The position numbers and the translations under genes are program-made. Source: Eledone cirrhosa (Eukaryota). Taken from it: 64,000 nt of DNA. The notes below the pieces were generated by a model that was not told the origin of the DNA, ran no database searches, and worked only from the letters and a program-made list of their open reading frames with translations. The DNA is taken from positions 33,108,001-33,172,000 of the forward strand of contig OZ024746.1 of the NCBI GenBank assembly GCA_964016885.1, in the 5' to 3' direction. Of the stretch, positions 15,376 through 30,211 are shown piece after piece (within the stretch, counting starts at the first letter, position 1; every line of letters begins with the position of its first letter).

Positions 15376-15989
15376 TTTCATTTATTGGCCACAAGGGCTG
15401 ACATATAGGGGACAACACAATGTTTAATCCCAATTTTACGGGAATATGTCAACACAATATATATTAAACATACGAACACAAACTCATAGATACTACATAT
15501 CACAAAACCCAGTAATCACAACGCCACCGCCGCCACCACCCCATCCATCATCTTGCTACCACTATCCCATCGCCGCCGCCACCACTCCTTCATTGCTACC
15601 ACCACTATTCCCCTGTTAACTTGAGAGAGAAAGAGGAAGGTGGCGGTATCACTAGACAAGGGAGAGGCTAGCAAAAGATATAAATAGACTGACTTAGTGA
15701 CCTGGCCACCGGCCAAACGTCAACAGCAACAACTATGGGACTGCTGGCTCACCCCTTCCTCACCAACAATATAAAAAGCCCCGGCACCACCACCGACATA
15801 GCCAACAACAATAACAGGCAACTACAGCAAAAAGTATATTATATTATTGTAATGCACTGGGTGATTGCTGGCCTTGTGCCTGGAGTGGAGACAATTATTA
15901 ATAATTTCATTCTTAAGCCACGCAATGCTCACATTAAGGAACCACTCATGATAATAACAATTTAAAAAAAACAACAAAAAGAAAACCCC

Positions 15990-18900
15990 CTGACCAAGAA
16001 ATACCGGGATGGCGGCCGGCGGGGAATAGCCGTGTCTCTAGGGGAGAACGACCCCTCTAGTCTTGGTTGACACTCGTTCTAGAAGTGGTAACACGAAATG
16101 ATTACCCCTTGGCGGATAAGGATAAAACGCGACAAAATAAAGTAAATGTCTAATGATAAAATCTCATACCGGATCGGCCGTCACCCGGGTAAAAAAGGGC
16201 CGCGTCCCTCAGAGAGGAACCAGACTTTTGTCGAAAAATCAGCTAATGGTTCAAACCTTCCCATCACTTCGGAGCTGGAGACCTCCCATAACCGGAATAC
16301 TCCTACTGTTGGCCCTCCATGCTCACCACCAAGAAATCCAAAGAAAAAGAGAGAAAAAGGGTCAAGGGAAGATAATAAAGAAGTCCTTGAGGCTTTCTAC
16401 ACTGCCATGTACTACCCATCAAATACATCGAATACAGAACAGACATATATCAACTGGAAAAAGAAACATCCCGAAAACAGAGGCTATATTGACAGTAACA
16501 AACTAGCCAATATACGAAGAAATATTGTAAGAAAAATGTTACTAACTGATATAGAAATTGATCAGATCAAGCTATTAGTACAAAGTCAGCGAAGGGAAAA
16601 TGAAACATGTGTCAGTGAAAACGAGGTAAACTGTAACACTTCGAACCCCAGGGTTGGGGCGGAATCACTGGCAACAGAACAAATTAAAGAAAGAATCGAA
16701 AAAGTGGAGGGAGTGCATGCTCAGGATGAAACTCCAAATGAAAATAATGAGATCGCAAATGATAAAGAAATGAATGAGAATGAACTTGCCAACTTGAAGG
16801 ATGAAATTATGATCGAATGGATGAAAATGAAAGAATCTGACATGGGGCAACGAGACACCCTCCCTAAGATCCAGAACTCCAAACAGAACCAAAAGATAAT
16901 ACACAAGACTAACATAATTCTCAAAAACATTATCATCACAAACAAACTAAACATTACTGATTTAAATCATCTCTATTATGCATCGGCTAAAGTCACCACT
17001 CACTTATGTGGAGTGAAGATGAAATAACAAAGGAATTCCCACAAGAAATCTACTTGGCAAGAGAACATCAATCGCCAATTAAACCTTCTCCGATCTGACA
17101 TAAACATTTTAACAAACTATAAAGTAGGTGAACATGTTAAACAAACTAAACTTAGAAAATTGAAAAAAAAGTACAGTATAAAATCAACATGTGACATAGA
17201 CATGCTGATAGAAATAATCAAGCAAAAAGTGTCGGCCAAAGCTGCTCGTATGAGGCGCTTTGAAAAACGATCTAGATTCTGTAAGGACAATAATATGTTC
17301 AAAAACAACCAAAGAAACTTCTACAGAAAAATTGGTAAGTCAACAATAACTGCTAAATCAATACCACCCAAGGAGGAAGTGCAAGAATTCTGGGAAAAGA
17401 TCTGGGCCGAAGAAAAAGTTCATAACATACATGCCCCATGGATAGACAGACAAATGAAAGATACAGCTCACCTTGAGGAACAAATATGGGAAAATATAAC
17501 AGTTGAATTGTTGCGCTTGGCTCTAAGAAAAACCAGCAAATGGAAATCCCCAGGAAAAGACAAAATACAAAACTTTTGGATAAATGCCTTCACAGAGTCT
17601 CATGAGCTGTTAGCCCATCTTTACAATGAAATAGTTAAGGAGCCAGAAAAGATACCATCATGGCTAGTTAACGGCATTACATTCCTGCTTCCGAAGAATG
17701 ATGAGACAAACAATCCCCAAAATTACAGACCGATAACTTGCTTGACCACAACGTATAAAATTTTAACATCAGTCCTAACTGAATACACATATGACCACCT
17801 GATAACAAATGACCTATTTCCCATTGAGCAGAAAGGGTGTAATCGAGGCTCATATGGCTGTAAGGATCAGCTTCTGGTTAACAAAATGATACTGGAAGAT
17901 TGTCATAATAGACACAAAAATCTATCGATTGCTTGGATAGATTATAAAAAAGCATTCGATAGTTTGCCACACAGTTGGATTGAAAAATGTTTAGAGATTT
18001 TCAAAATATCCCCCGTTGTCAGGAGGTTTTTGTCATTCAGTATGAAGACATGGAAAACGACACTCCTTTTGAATAGTGAAACAAAATCACTGGAGGCTGG
18101 AGAAGTTAATATTAATTGTGGAATTTTTCAGGGTGACTCTTTATCACCGCTTTTATTCTCCATCGCACTTATACCATTAAGTAAAATGCTCAATGAAACA
18201 AAACATGGATATAAAGTCTATGACAAAACCATTAATCACCTGTTCTACATGGATGACCTAAAACTATTTGCAAAAAATGATGAGCAATTGCAAGGGCTAT
18301 TATCCACTGTGGAGCAGTTCAGTGATGACATTAAAATGGAGTTTGGACTAGATAAATGCGCCAAAGCAACGTTCACCAGAGTAAAGCTGCTGAAGAGTTC
18401 AGACATTAATCTTGATCGGGGGAACGTGATAAGAGAACTTGATCAAGAAAAAACTTACAAATATCTAGGTGTTTGTGAAGGAGACGGAATCAAGCACTCG
18501 ACAATGAGGGAAAGGATAAGGAAGGAATGTTACCGCAGAGTAAGAGCAATCTTAAGAACGGAATTGAATGCAAGGAATAGTATCGATGCCATAAACACGC
18601 TTGCCATACCAGTAGTAACCTACAGTTACAATGTCATCAACTGGTCAAGCACAGAGATCCGTAGGCTCGATACAAAAATTCGAAAATTATTAACCATGTA
18701 CAGAATGCATCACCCTAAGGCAGATATAGATAGAATATATCTCCCTAGAAAAGAAGGAGGACGTGGGTTAATCCAGTTAGACATTGCGTTGAAAACTGCA
18801 ACAATTGGATTATCTACATATCTAAGGGAATCACATGATTGGATGATCAAACTCGTTTTGAAACACGAAAGCATCAAAAGATCATATTCCATTACAAAAG

Positions 18901-19966
18901 ATGCACAAAGATACAGTAATGGATTACAAATTTCAGAAGTCCCATTTACTGCTGAAATGGAAAACACAGAAAAAGAAAAGCAGGTAAAAGTAACTGCAAA
19001 GAAAGAACTGCTACAGAAACTGGCTAAGAAATGGCAAGAAAAGCCTCTGTATGGAAAATACCCAGAGCGAGCTAACAATCCTGATGTTGACAAAACTTTA
19101 ACCCATCAGCGGTTGGCATCCTCTGGACTGAAATCGGAAACTGAAGGACTGATTATATTAGCACAAGATCAGTGTCTGCCAACAAAAAATTACCAAGCCA
19201 ACATAATTAAAAATGGATGCAGCCCATTATGCCGTGTATGCAAAAAACAACCAGAGACCATTGACCATATAATTTCAATGTGCAGTCCTATAGCTCCAAC
19301 CGAATACCTAAACAGGCATGACAGAGCTGCACAATACATACATTGGATAATGTGTAAGCATTTTGACCTGCCCCATCAAAAGAATTGGTGGGAGCATCAA
19401 CCACCTCCCATACTTGAAAAAGATCACATCTCAATCTTGTGGAACTTTAGCATCCAAACAGACCGAAAAATAGATGCAAATAGACCTGATATAATATTGA
19501 AGGACTTTAAAAAGAGGGTATGCCTGCTAATTGATATGTCTGTTCCAATAGACAAGAATGTATCTATAAAAACATTTGAAAAATTGAGCAAGTATAAGGA
19601 CCTGGAGATAGAAATTGGAAAAATGTGGAAATTGAGAACTAAAACAATACCAGTGGTTGTAGGTGCTCTGGGAATGATACCTAAGGGGTCTAATGATTAC
19701 TTATCGCAGATCCCAGGAAACCCGCGTATAGGAGAAATACAAAAGATAGTACTAATGGGAACTGCCCATATACTAAGGAAGATTCTGTCAATATAAGTAC
19801 ATCACAAGTTTAAACACCTAAAGATGCATGTGTGTGTGTATGTATGTTCTTCCTTGAACATGGCGGACTTGTTGTCTCTTGAGGTCACTGGTTGTGACTT
19901 GGTGATAACTCGTATGAACATAAAGCAAGATAAATGCAACTGTAATAATAATAATAATAATAATAA
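15990..19966 (+). mobile_element. Near full-length R4/Dong-clade non-LTR retrotransposon (RT + CCHC + restriction-like endonuclease)
   Basis: ORFs 16146-17027 and 17160-19796 are in the same frame, separated by one TAA. Motifs: RT (GIFQGDSLSPLLF, YMDD), CRVC..H..C knuckle, RHD, RPD..D..K RLE. Ends in (TAA)n. Confidence 0.92.
16146..19796 (+). pseudogene. ~1216-codon RT-RLE polyprotein with a single in-frame stop at 17025-17027
   Basis: I read 17028-17159 in frame and found no further stop; domains as above. Confidence 0.85.
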
Positions 19967-21188
19967 TCGGAGAGTAAGGAGCGTATTGAAGTCACATCTG
20001 AACAGCAGAAATGCCATAAGCGCAGTAAATTCCCGAGCTGTGTCTATTATTAGGTACAGTGCGGGAATTCTGAGATGGAATGTTGCTGAACAAAAAGAAA
20101 TGGATAGGAAGACTAGGAAGCTATTGACTATCTACAACATGTTCCACAAGAGGAGTGATGTCGATAGACTCTACTTAAGGAGATCTGAGGGTGGAAGAGG
20201 CCTTATCAGCATAGAGGACTGTGTTCAGATGGAGAAAAACAACCTAGACAAATATGTGACTGATAGTAAGGAGCCAATTCTCAGAACTGTACTGAAGGAG
20301 GGGACAATAGGCCAGGGGATGTCCAAGGAGGAAATAACATCAAGGAGAAAGAGCAGCCTTCAGGAAAAATCCCTTCATAGTACCTTCTTTGAGAAAACTG
20401 AATTTAGAGATCCACAGACATGGAACTGGTTGAAAAGAGGAGACCTTAAAAAGGCTACAGAAGGAATGAAGTGGTTGAAACACCATATTTACAAGAAGGA
20501 GGCTAGCCCACTGTGCAGGATCTGTGGAGAGAGAGAGAGGAGACTGTGGCTCACATTGTATCCGAGTGTAAACACCTAGCCCAGACCCACTATAAGGGCT
20601 GGAGACATGATGTGATGGGCAGGGTGATCCACTGGCACCTGTGCAAAGTAAACAATTTACCACATTCTTAGAAATGGTATGAGCATAAGCCAGAGGCGGT
20701 GATAGAGAACGATCAGGTGAAGGTGCTGTGTGGGATTTTAGGATACAGACGGATAAGAAACTGGAACACAATAGACCTGACCTGGTGGTTGTGGACAAAG
20801 AAAAAAGATCGTGCCTGATTGTGGATGTGGCCTGCCTATTCGACACGAGAGTGCAAGAGAAGGAGAGGGAGAAAATTAACCGATACCAGGACTTAAAGTG
20901 GGAGGTAAAAAGGATTTGGAACTGCCATGAAGTCAAAGTGATCCCGATTGTCATAGGCGCACTGGGGACTATCTCCAAAAGTTTCCAGGGATGGTTAAAG
21001 AAAATCGGCCCCTTCACGCTTTTTGGAACGCTTCAAAAGGCATGCTTGCTGGGAACAGCAAGAACCCTCCGATACGTCCTGAATATCTGAGGCTGCAGGT
21101 AGTGGCTTGATATTTATTCCAACAGACTTTCCGGTTAACTAACATCAATGACTGATACTCAAGGAGTAATAACAATAATAATAATAAT
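19967..21188 (+). mobile_element. 5'-truncated Dong-like retroposon, family 2
   Basis: RLYLRRSEGGRGL, CRICG, WDFRIQTD..RPDLVVVD..KINRYQDL; frameshifted; flanked by (TAA)n. Confidence 0.9.
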
Positions 21189-21537
21189 GATTTCTTTATT
21201 AACCACAAGGGTTTACATAAAGTAGACATTAAAGACAGTGCAGGAGAATACAGGACGGTACAAATGGGCATTTCTGCGCGTAAAAAACAAAAACAGAGGA
21301 TGTAACAAAAAATAACAATGAAAAATTCCCCAATAGGGGGGAGACTTCGGAGGGACATTTGTGGAGAAAGCCCAGTAAAAGGCCACAGTGACCCTGACCA
21401 CCAAGGCAAGTGCCCTCTCCCAGTTTTCCACCTTTAATTTACAGATACATACTCAGAGTAAGCCTATTCACTCGGGTCATTCTTGCTTCTCTCACCCATC
21501 TTGCAACAAAATGCTGAGAAGAGAGCACTTCCCTCTC
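21189..21537 (-). mobile_element. 3' fragment of an L1/Tx1-like LINE
   Basis: C-terminus EREVLSSQHFVARW, then a 3'UTR ending ttgtggttaataaagaaatc-(att)n; a similar end occurs at 15374-15420. Confidence 0.5.
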
Positions 21538-21611
<74 letters not shown>

Positions 21612-22167
21612 GGAAGAAGAATAAGCATAAGAATAAGAATAAGGAAAACAACAAACGTAACAACAAGAAGCAAATCAATGTTAGGGTAGGTCAGCAACTG
21701 CCATGGGCACCTCTTTTTCTCTTTTAATTGGTTTAAATATTAAATATTAAAAAGAATCTCATAAAATATTTTATATTAAAACTCATCAATTGTAAACGAG
21801 ATACAAATCAATCAACACAAACTGCGTGATATTTTCAACGCAGCTAAACTTTTCACCCTATATTGTAGTAGTAAACATTCTTCCAGACTATTGTTTTTCT
21901 GCAATTATAGCAGTTATATTTATTGAAGTTTGAAGTTTGATGTAGAAGTTGAGGTATTCTTATAATTACTATATCTACGGGATTTCCTTAAAGGCATCCT
22001 TATAATTCGACTCATATTGTAAATGTCGTTGCCGTTCTTGTTGCTGATGTTGGTAGTAGTAGTAATAGTAGTAGTAGTTATGCTGGTGGTGATTGTCGTT
22101 GTAATCTAGTCCTGAGGATTCTGTACTCCTCTATTGTTCTCTTGCAATATTGGCCTCCTAGACATAC

Positions 22168-22228
<61 letters not shown>

Positions 22229-22434
22229 TACATTTACTAGCATGACAATGTCGTGACGACATAAGACAGTAAGTGTGATGAGAACCGCCTACGGGAGAAG
22301 ACAGATACGTGGTTCATCTGTCGTCGAATGTTATGTACATACACACACGCACATACATACACACACATACACACAAACATATTAGCAGGTACACCCGCAC
22401 ATACATACATACATATATATTTATATACAGAAAG

Positions 22435-22482
<48 letters not shown>

Positions 22483-22797
22483 GTCTATTACTGACTTTTG
22501 TACATAAATGTACACACAGGTGCATGATTGTATGTAAGTAATTCTACTTTAGATCGCTAGTAGGCAGACGTGTTGCATATAGACATAAAACAACAGAATC
22601 ACGGTGATGTTCATGTCACGAAGCTGATGCCGGGAAAATCCAGCAATGCAATACATGTAAACACACAAACCTATATTTCCTCAAAGAAACACACATATGT
22701 TCATACGCAACCTCACACGTACTTACATAAATGTTTATATAAATAAATAAATAATTTATATATATAAATTATATATATATATAAATTATATATATAT

Positions 22798-22972
<175 letters not shown>

Positions 22973-24609
22973 GTTATCTAAGTATGAATTCTTAATTATG
23001 GAGAATGAGCTCTCGAAGTGTAAATATAGAGGTGATATATTATTTGATACATGGTAATTAATCATACGTTTTAATAGAATAATTAAAGTTTCGTGATGTT
23101 TGTAGGTTAATCCCATTTGGTATTTCATGATAAATCTAAACTTTGGTATTTCATGATATTTCATGATAAATCTAAACTTAAATACTAAAATACTACAGTG
23201 GGCCCTGCAATGCTACTGTGGACTCGTGTAATGCAAGCAACTGTGGGCCGCCTGCGGCCAACTTATCATTGGGCAACCTGGCAACCTGGCCAGTCCGCCA
23301 CTGCATCTAAGTTAATAACAAAACACGCTGCTTACACACACGTCGCATTCAAACATGATTTTTCCCAAACTCTTTTTACTTTATTCACCACCATTTCGAA
23401 CATATTGAATTGTAACTTATATAATTTCATTGCTATTATTAATATGTAAAATGGAACATTGTCTCCAACACAATTGTTAACGAAAATTAAACATTATTTT
23501 AGACAGAACTAAGATGTTATATCTTTCTATCATTATATAACAAATAGAAGTCATGTTTAATTTCGTTACTAAATAAAGTAGCTTGTTTTCCTAGGAATTC
23601 TTTCGCACACTGAGTAGTAAATAAGTCACTTTACTGGTACTTTATTTTATCGACCCCGTAAAAATTTGGTTTAAACATATAAACGAACATTGGTTTACAC
23701 ATTAAATTGATTGCAGTCTGTGTTACATTACTGGTTAACTGTTAATTCTTTCTACAATTATATTATAACATCACCAAATGCGTTTCAGTCCAATCTCTGT
23801 CCTCAATTTATGCTTTTATACTCTCCAATTTTATTACCATCCATACTTTCACTCCTTCATTTTCAAGCCTACCCATTTATTCATTTTCTTTCTTTTTTCT
23901 CTCGCTCTCTATTTCTCATACTTCATATTGTATTCTTTGATTTTCTGCGTAATTGTCAGACTTAGTGTTTTGCTTCTCTTTAACATGAAATTGAGTTATT
24001 ATCCTTTTGTCCTTAGGAACAAGGTCAGAAATTGTTCTACAGTGAAGCAATCGATTATATGGATCAACGTTTGATTAGTAATTAATTTCACTGCACTGTC
24101 TCGATGAAAGGCATTAATAATTCCACGAAAAAAAAAAGACCAAGCACTCCTCCCTACCCTTGTCACTTCCATTTACCTTCGGCCTCAGTTCAACTTTTCT
24201 TACGAACATTATCCGCCTTACATAACTGCATGTGTGAACTTTTTGTATTGTTTTTGTTTGCGTGAGTGTGCACTTTTGTTTGTGTATACATGTGTGTCTA
24301 TAAATTTGCTTGGGTGAGTTTTATATAGGACTTATTTTATCGATCTCTTTTATGCCAAATGTGTAAGGTTTAAGACATAAATACAAACAGATACAGAAGT
24401 AAACACAGATTTCGGTTTACTCTCAAACATAAATATACATACGAAGAAATATGTTGTATAAATCGTGAAAAATATTCATTTATAGAACTAAATATTTCAA
24501 CTGATTCTGGGTGGTACCTAAATCAAATTGATAAAGTTATATCTCTAGCTGTTAAGTGTTACATCTCTAGCTGTTAATTTAAGTTATAGATGAAGAAACC
24601 TAAGAAGAA

Positions 24610-24857
24610 ATAATTGTTTCTACTTTTAGCACAAGTCATTACTGGTACTTTATTTTATCGACGCCGTAAACATAAGAAGAAATAATTGTTTCTACTTTTG
24701 GCACAAGGCCAGCAATTACCCAGTTCATTACTGGTACTTTATTTTATCGACCCCGTAAGGATGAAAGGCAAAGTCAACCTCGGCGAGATTTGAACTCAGA
24801 TCGTAAAGGGACGTAACTATGCTGGAAAGCATGGCGTCCGACCCTCTACCGATACTG
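24610..24857 (-). mobile_element. SINE S1 with a partial duplication of its 3' end
   Basis: Reverse complement of S1; a deleted tail copy at 24610-24670 precedes the full copy. Confidence 0.85.
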
Positions 24858-25889
24858 AATGAAGGGAATATAGGTCTTCTGGCAAAAGAAAAGAGTAAGA
24901 AATACACAATAAACGCACCTTGTACAGCATGAGAAAATTAGAAGGATATTTCCGTTGCCAATAATGCAGTCAGAAACTCGTAAAAACAAAAACAAAAGAG
25001 TAGCGGTATGAAACGTAATAATGAGGGAAAGATTTTTTTAATTAGGTGAAATTACTTCAGAAAAGCCGGAATATTGATTTGTAAGTATGGTACCACCTTT
25101 CAAGAGTATTTAACTTTAGGTAATGAAATACTATAGATTGGTTACAAAAGAAATACAACATATGTGCGCAGATATAGTCGTCCTTTCAACTTGAACTCCT
25201 TCGAGGAACGCTTATGTCAACCCATTTGGCGATGGCCTTCCGGGCTCTTATCTAGATATTAATGTTCCCAAGAGTCTTCTCCAATATATATGGCTTTATA
25301 AAAGGGGTATCGCATTATTTGTGATGTATTTAACTGTTAGTTCTACTGTCTACTTGAAAGAACAGTTTCTTTAGTAAGAGCGATGATTAGTTAGACTTCA
25401 GAACGTCCTATTTCGAAATTTCCACATATCAATCTAAATATTATTCATATGTTCTATTACAGTTTTAATTGTCTTTTAATTGTCTTTCAGATTTTTTTGC
25501 TCTTCGGGTTGAGGAGGGTAAACTCTCCAATTACACCGTGTAACAAAGACATTTTTTTTCTCTGTTCCTGGCTTGTAATCAATTCTTTTGTATTGCTTAG
25601 GTCCCAAATAAATAAAAAAGTGCTATTAAACAGTTAAAAGTTGGGGTTTGTAAAAATTCTAAGCTATAATTATTTGTATGCTGAATTTTACGTTGTATGT
25701 AAGTTTAATTTGCTTATGTTAAATGATGTTTTTACGTTAAATTAAAATTATAAAATAAAGAGTAATACCTAAAGAAAATTATAAAAGTGCAATAAAGTGT
25801 AAAATTGTTAAAACGTGGATTAAAGAGATTTATTGATACTGGATTTTCGCACCCTGAATAATGGGTAAGTTGTGTTTTAAGCATTCGTC

Positions 25890-26305
25890 TCCAGGATGAA
25901 GCAATGGAACTTGGTCAAGGAGGAAGTGCAGGTGACAATTCAGAGACGTCGACACAAACCCTTCTCAGGCTTTTACACACTTAGGGATGGCCTCTGCTTC
26001 TGCCATGACGTGCCTGGACTGTTTGACGATATTGGGGTGCGGTTTGTGCCCAAGGAGTGGCGGCTATTTATAGACAGCTCCACCACAACTTTGAAGGCTG
26101 TCCTGCTCCACAATGGAAACAAGTTCCCGACACTGCCCTAGCTCATTCAGTCTGCCTGAAGGAAGATTACTACAGTGTGAAAGTCCTCTTGGAAACTCTG
26201 CAATACAACCAGTACAAGTGGGAAATCATTGGAGACTTCAAGATGGTGGCTTTCCTGCTTGGACTCCAAGGAGGCTTTATCAAATTCCAATGCTTCCTCT
26301 GACCA
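25890..26305 (+). mobile_element. DNA transposase fragment, Chapaev-3/CMC-like
   Basis: EWRLFIDSS..LKAVLLHNGN..P.AHSV.LKE.Y....W.I.GD.KM..FLLGLQGG..KF.CFL, with an in-frame stop; family name assigned from motif recall. Confidence 0.65.
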
Positions 26306-26339
26306 CTACAAAAAAGGAACTGGGAGCAGCGAACAGTGG

Positions 26340-27200
26340 TTGGCGCATAAATTAAAATACGACATCAATTGAATACAGAAGTGTAATAAAATTCTACTTT
26401 CTACTTGGAAAAAACACATGAGGAAACTCTCAAGGATATGATGAAAGTATATAATAATGATTGTCCATCAAAGATGAAACAACGCTTTCAAAATACTTAC
26501 CCGAAAGTAAAAGAACCTCAGCTGAGTGGAGAAAATATGATGAAAAACCTCCTAACAAAATGAGAAGCGGAACCAGCCATAGACATGAGTTTATGTTTTC
26601 AATTTTCTGGACTAGGAAGGGAATTATTAGCACTGATTTTCTGGATAAAGGCATGGTCTGCAATGCTTTTTATTTTAGTAAACTGGTTACTGAATGTAAG
26701 GAGAAAAAGCGGAAGACGCCTAATGTGCCACTTTGGCTTCTAATCGACAATGCCCTTATTCACACAGCAAAACTTGCACAAGAATGCATTGAAAAATGTG
26801 GCTTTCATCAACTCGTTCACCCTCCTTATAGTCCGGACATTGCTCCAAGTGACTTTTTTTTCTTCAGACTGCTTAAGAAAGAGCTCAGTGGTAATCACTT
26901 TGCAACTGGAGAGGAACTCAAAAGTTTTGTTAATGAATATTTGAACTCTTTGGATGATTCATTTTTCAAAGCGGCGTTTGAAGAATTACTGGTAAGATGG
27001 CGAAAGATGGTTGTAAACAATGGAGGCTACATTGAAAAATAACTTTATTAATGTTTTCTTTACTAGTATTGAATGTATTTTCAAATAAAATTCGTTTGAA
27101 TGTTCAAAAATAACTTTATTAATGTTTTCTTTACTAGTACTGAATGTATTTTCAAATAAAATTCGTTTGAATGTTCTAGCTTTTTCTTTTCATACCGAGT
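26340..27200 (+). mobile_element. Mariner (DD34D-type) transposase remnant
   Basis: ORF 26461-27042 with FW..KGI, DNA..H, HPPYSPDIAPSDF; N-terminus degraded; ~71-bp tandem duplication at 27036-27177. Confidence 0.85.
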
Positions 27201-27236
27201 ATTAGAGATATTGACCCGACCACGTATATACATATG

Positions 27237-27335
<99 letters not shown>

Positions 27336-27895
27336 AATTACTAAATATGAGGAAATAATAATCATAGTCTTTCTATTCATATCTATATCTTACAGCCAAA
27401 CATGTATTTCTAAACACTCACATTTTTTCAGAACATCCATAAATATTTCGAAGAAATCCATTGACATGAGCCTGTGAGTAGGGAGTTGTATGAGTATTTA
27501 ATCATAATTTATACATTCCAGTTTCTGAATATCATATTTATGCATAGCCAACGTATGTAATAATTATGTTCATTGTCATTGTTTTTGTAGTTGTTGTTAC
27601 AGCTGTTATCAGGACTGACATGACTGTACTGATCGTAGTTGTTTTTACCATCGTTATTTCTTTCCTTTGCTATTTCTGATGCTGTTGATATTGTGGAGAT
27701 TACAGACGTGATACAAGGCACATAAGATCTGCAATGAATATTTCTATTGACACTTGTATCAAAAATATTGATCACATGTCAAACTCGCTTTTTCATAATA
27801 AACTTCTTTTCTTTTTACGTTTAATATTTTTTTGTATTCGTGCCTGCTTATCGTTTTTCTTGCATTCTTTACTTGATTCTTCCACACACACACAC

Positions 27896-27936
<41 letters not shown>

Positions 27937-28062
27937 TATATGTACTAACACGCAAACAATTCTGTCCACTTTTTTTCGTTTCTGTGTTATCATATGCCAA
28001 ACTTTTTTGACTATTTCATATTCAAGCATGCGTTGTCGTACCTTATTATAAGCTAACAATTT

Positions 28063-28115
<53 letters not shown>

Positions 28116-28704
28116 CATATATATATATACATACACATATGCATATATATATATACACACATATATATATATATATACAAATATATACATACATATATGC
28201 ATACATATATATATATATACATATATGCATATATATATATATATATATACACGTACTGTCTGTTGGAATTCCTGTCAAATGTGTTATGATATTACAATAT
28301 AGTTTATTTGGCTAAAAATCAGCTGCTCTTGTTATTTATATTTTGTTTATATGTTATGTCATCTTATTATGTCATATTATTGAGATTAATACAATTATCC
28401 TTATTACTATTGTTGTTGTTGTACTATTATTATTGTTGACGTTTTGCTTTAATATTACTGTTGTTGTTGTTACTGATGTTATTATTATTTTTATTCTCAT
28501 CATTATATTTTTTTTATTAACAATACTTTTGTTGTGTCCGTTGTAGTCCACATATTAGAGAAAGTTGCAAATTACTTTTAGTAGTAAAGACGTTCTTTAT
28601 GTTTATGTGTATGTACATGCACACACACATACACCCCCCACATATATATGTGTATACATATGTATATATATATGTATATAAAGATGAATATATATACCTA
28701 TAAA

Positions 28705-28771
<67 letters not shown>

Positions 28772-28981
28772 TGTTGCGTGCGTGTGTGGGTAGCTGCCTG
28801 TGTTTATATTCGAAAAAAATGTTATAATAACACAAATGTATAAACGGATATGTTATATACAAAAATAAATTATAATGACATTAAATGGAAAAAAAAAACA
28901 CACTTCATAACTTCTTCGACAAAGAATACGACATGGGAATTTAAATAAATACATTCACTCACGGCACATTCACACACGCAC

Positions 28982-29170
<189 letters not shown>

Positions 29171-29206
29171 TGCGAGCGCGTGTATGTGCATTTAGTTTTG
29201 TATATA

Positions 29207-29264
<58 letters not shown>

Positions 29265-29294
29265 CATATTTTACATATATATATATATGTACAT

Positions 29295-29340
<46 letters not shown>

Positions 29341-29512
29341 ATGTGTATGTGTTATGTATAATATGATTTTTTTGTATGAAAGGCCTGAAATAAAACTATC
29401 TAACTCTCAACAGGGTAGAAATATGTCTACTTCATATAGAATTATCTAATACACAACCACAACTCGCTGGACCTCCATGCGGTTCAGTCTATTGCACATT
29501 ATTTACGAACAC

Positions 29513-29662
29513 TTTGATGCATAGAGTTACGGCCCTTGCCATTCTGAGTTCAAATCCCGCCTATGTTAACTTTGCCTTTCATCCTTACGGGGTCGATAAA
29601 ATAAAGTACCAGTAATGCACTGGGATAATTGCTGGCCTTGTGCCAAAAGTAGAAACAATTAT
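29513..29662 (+). mobile_element. SINE S1, 5'-truncated
   Basis: Body and tail match 14700-14848. Confidence 0.85.
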
Positions 29663-30211
29663 TTACGAAGACTTTCTTCCTTGAAATCGCAATTCTGAAA
29701 ACATCGTTTCTTAGTTGCACGTAAAATAAAATTCTCACTTGCTTTTACCTCTGCAACTTTTACTACGTTCCTTGTATCATGCATACACACGAATCACTTC
29801 CATATATACATATATATATATATATATATATGAGAGTATTGAAGTTTGCTTGAAGCATTTTGGAATAATAAGTAAATATCTTTAAGTCGTTTGGAAGCCT
29901 CGACAATGCAAATGGGTAAATCTCCGGGTAACAAGATCCGGTGGTGGAGAGAGAGATGTAAGTGGGTGTACGTTGAGATGCGTGGTGTGTATAAGACGTG
30001 TAAAGGAATGAAAGAAAGAGTATAAAGGATAAAATAAAAATAACAACACGAGAGTGAGTTACCTTGGGAGAGATTTAATTGTCCCTATATATTTCGGATT
30101 CACATCCATCAACTGGGGGTTTTTTTCCGGGGTGGGGGAAAGGTTGTCTGTCGGAAAGGTGCGAAACGCGTCCTCCGCTGTTTGTTGTTTTGAATAATAT
30201 ATATATATCTT

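Noticed and set aside
30083-30119. Possible - strand hammerhead (ggat gtga atcc-GAAA-tata-TA-ggg)
   Set aside because: The core reads CAGTTGAT, two substitutions plus an insertion; too degenerate to call.
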